Assembly (NCBI RefSeq): GCF_000143415.4
Contig: NW_003314338.1
Location: forward strand, 124,001 to 188,000
Source of the DNA: Selaginella moellendorffii
Lineage: Eukaryota; Plantae; Lycopodiophyta
Direction: 5' to 3'
Length of the DNA stretch: 64,000 bases
Shown: positions 61,867-64,000 of the stretch, piece by piece
How the letters are laid out: every line of letters starts with the position of its first letter
How positions within the stretch are numbered: position 1 is the first letter of the stretch
Made by a program: the position numbers and the translations under genes
Notes under the pieces: generated by a model
Database searches by the model: none
Seen by the model: only the letters and a program-made list of their open reading frames with translations
Told to the model about the DNA's origin: nothing

Positions 61867-61913
61867 TTAAAATCCCAGCGCGGGGGAAGGAGGGCTATAG
61901 CCTAGGGCGAGCT

Positions 61914-64000
61914 ATGGCCGTCAATGTCCGTGTTGTGGAGGAAATGGTCGCCAAGCTGAGGTCGGATCGCCACAGGGAGCGCGAGGTAAGCGCGCCTCTT
62001 TCATGTGTCAAGTCGGATTGGCATGCCCCAAACCAGGCCGGCCTCAAGCTGCTCAAGGAGTATGTCAACATGCGGGATTTCTCGAGGCTGCTGGACGAGC
62101 AGACGGAAAGGCTCCAGCGCCAGGGCCAGATTCCGCGTAACAAAGCTTTTGCTCGCTCGCTTTCTTTTCTCATCTCGCCCTGTCCTGTTTTTGTGCTGCA
62201 GCATCGACATGGCCGGGTGTGGTGCATGCCTTGTGCGAGGGCACTTCGTCATACCTGAAAACGCCCAAGAAGAAGGCGCCCAGTTTCGAGTATGCCAAGG
62301 TACTCAGGAGTCTGGTGAGGAGGGCTTGTGCCTCCGGTAAGCTGCGCGCAATCTTGCTCAAAAGCACGACGTGTTGTCAACTGAATATCCTTTGATCGCA
62401 GACAAGAGAGGGGTCCTGGTGCGCAAGCTCAGTCACCTGTACCAGCATTTGGTGGATACCGTCGTCACTGTTCCCAGCTTCCAAGCTGATTACTGCGCTA
62501 TTGTGTCCGATCTTCTTAGCGAGCACGAATACCGCTTGCGCATGAAGGAGGAAACATATGCAGGTAACTCTCGCGTTATAAACGACCTCACACAGTCTTG
62601 GTTGCCTGCTCTAGAACTTGTCCAGTTCCTTCTGCAAACTCAGACGCAGCCGCACGACGATGCCTTTCTGTCCATCGTCAAAAATCCACCAGGGGGTATC
62701 CCTCCGTCTTTAAGGCCGGACGTCGCGGCCAAGCTCTCCAACATCTTTCTGCACATCAGGTGTGTTCGTAATTCTGGGAGTTTACGGACATGACACGCGG
62801 GTTCTTAAACCAGTGATATCAAAGCGGGTCTGAAAAAGGCTCTAGAGGCAGTCACCAGCTTGTTGAGGCATGATGGACCAAATCTAGGCAGTCACCTACT
62901 TGAAATTCATTGCGGTGCTAAGAAATGCCTTTTCCGGTCATGGGCTACAATTACCGACACTGCTACCAAGGTTAGATGCTACCCTGCGGTCTTTATATGC
63001 TCATTTCCTTTACTGTTACAGGACTTGTTTGTTCTGTATCTGAGGATGCAACTGAAACTAAGCAGCATTGTGAGGGACGACGAAACCGATCACCTCGAGG
63101 AGTTGTTTGACTTCGTGGTTAAGGAACTGGACGGGAAGTGTTGGTAAGCCGAACCTTTCGTAATGCCAAGAAGCTTACAGCGCATTATTCTTTTTACCCA
63201 GGGACACCAAGGCTGTACCACTTGCGAGCTCGACACACTCGTTTCTAATGCTTGCTGCCCAAGTCATTTTTGAGGTGCATTCAGCGTTTGCTATACTCTC
63301 CCGTTCTGACTTCTCTCTTTCAGTTCCTCGGCAGGGACAGAGGTCATGCTACCAACAGCTCTAAACGTAGAAAAAAGGAGAGCGTCACTGCGCTCATCAC
63401 AGACAGAATACGTGATTTGAAACCGTTGTGGTAAGAGTCATGTTGGTGTGCGACATCGTCACATTCCTGCAATAATCAGGGCTGGCGCCATTTGCCTTCT
63501 GCTGAGGCACTATGGTTCTAAGCTTCCGCAGCAGTTCTTATCTGATGTCTTTCAAGCTTTGGTGCAGAGGTACGTCTCGACTACAATGCTGTATGATAAA
63601 CATATGTATGTGCTTTTTGAAGGTTGCCTATTGAAGCGATCAACGTCATGTCCTTTGAAGTACCTTTATGGCTTATAAGGTTTGTCTTCCACTGCTCTTA
63701 TATCTGACATTATTCAGAACAATCCAGATGCGTCAACGAGATTTGTGATATTGGGGACCATGGAACCTGGCAGGTGTGGTAGATTGTAATTTTTCCACTC
63801 TTCTGCACTCTTCTGTTATTTACGTCCGCTAGTCTTGCAGAACGCAAGCCTTTGGCAGTGTGTGTGGGAGGCGACAATCAAATGGATATTGTTGATGAGC
63901 ACTGTGCTGGTTCTTGTATGGGTGATGTCGTACTCCTCCCCATTGTCTTCTCATGATGCTTGCAGGTGGACGAGGCTTTGAAGCTACTGAGCAACATATT
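61914..64000 (+). CDS. ATM: ATM serine/threonine kinase, 5' part (TAN-like N-terminus); continues beyond the window
   Basis: MAVNVRVVEEMVAKLRSDRHRERE|AGLKLL..FSRLLDEQT..IP|..TWPGVVHALC..KKKAPSFEYAKVLRSLVRRA resembles the plant ATM N-terminus (VHEIVSKLSSDKAKTREDGVKLL..TWPFLV). Many small introns. The kinase domain is not in the window. Confidence 0.8.

Overview
Eukaryotic land-plant DNA with tiny (~45-75 nt) GT-AG introns and very short intergenic gaps, most consistent with a lycophyte such as Selaginella (inference). Bases ~1-51,150 are a nested transposon island. It contains two decayed chromodomain-bearing Ty3/gypsy elements (called E and C here). It also contains two non-coding LARD-like LTR families: A (~1.15-kb LTRs) and B (~1.5-1.8-kb LTRs with GAGATGGAGTCC arrays), present as TSD-flanked full copies, a solo LTR and fragments. 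A 162-bp mini solo LTR, a LINE fragment and an unidentified hairpin-rich element (D) complete the island. Bases ~51,500-64,000 hold six tightly packed genes: ARF-GAP (AGD8-like), At4g16180-like membrane protein, P-type PPR, VPS26, group I WRKY and the 5' part of ATM. The most notable observations are: host-sized intron-like inserts in the integrase of E; a conserved double T-loop/B-box module in B; promoter and pre-PPT cis-elements shared across the non-coding families; an inverted ARF-GAP relic that forms the PPR C-terminus; and VPS26-PPR spacing that suggests a dicistronic RNA. All calls were made by eye; no searches were run.
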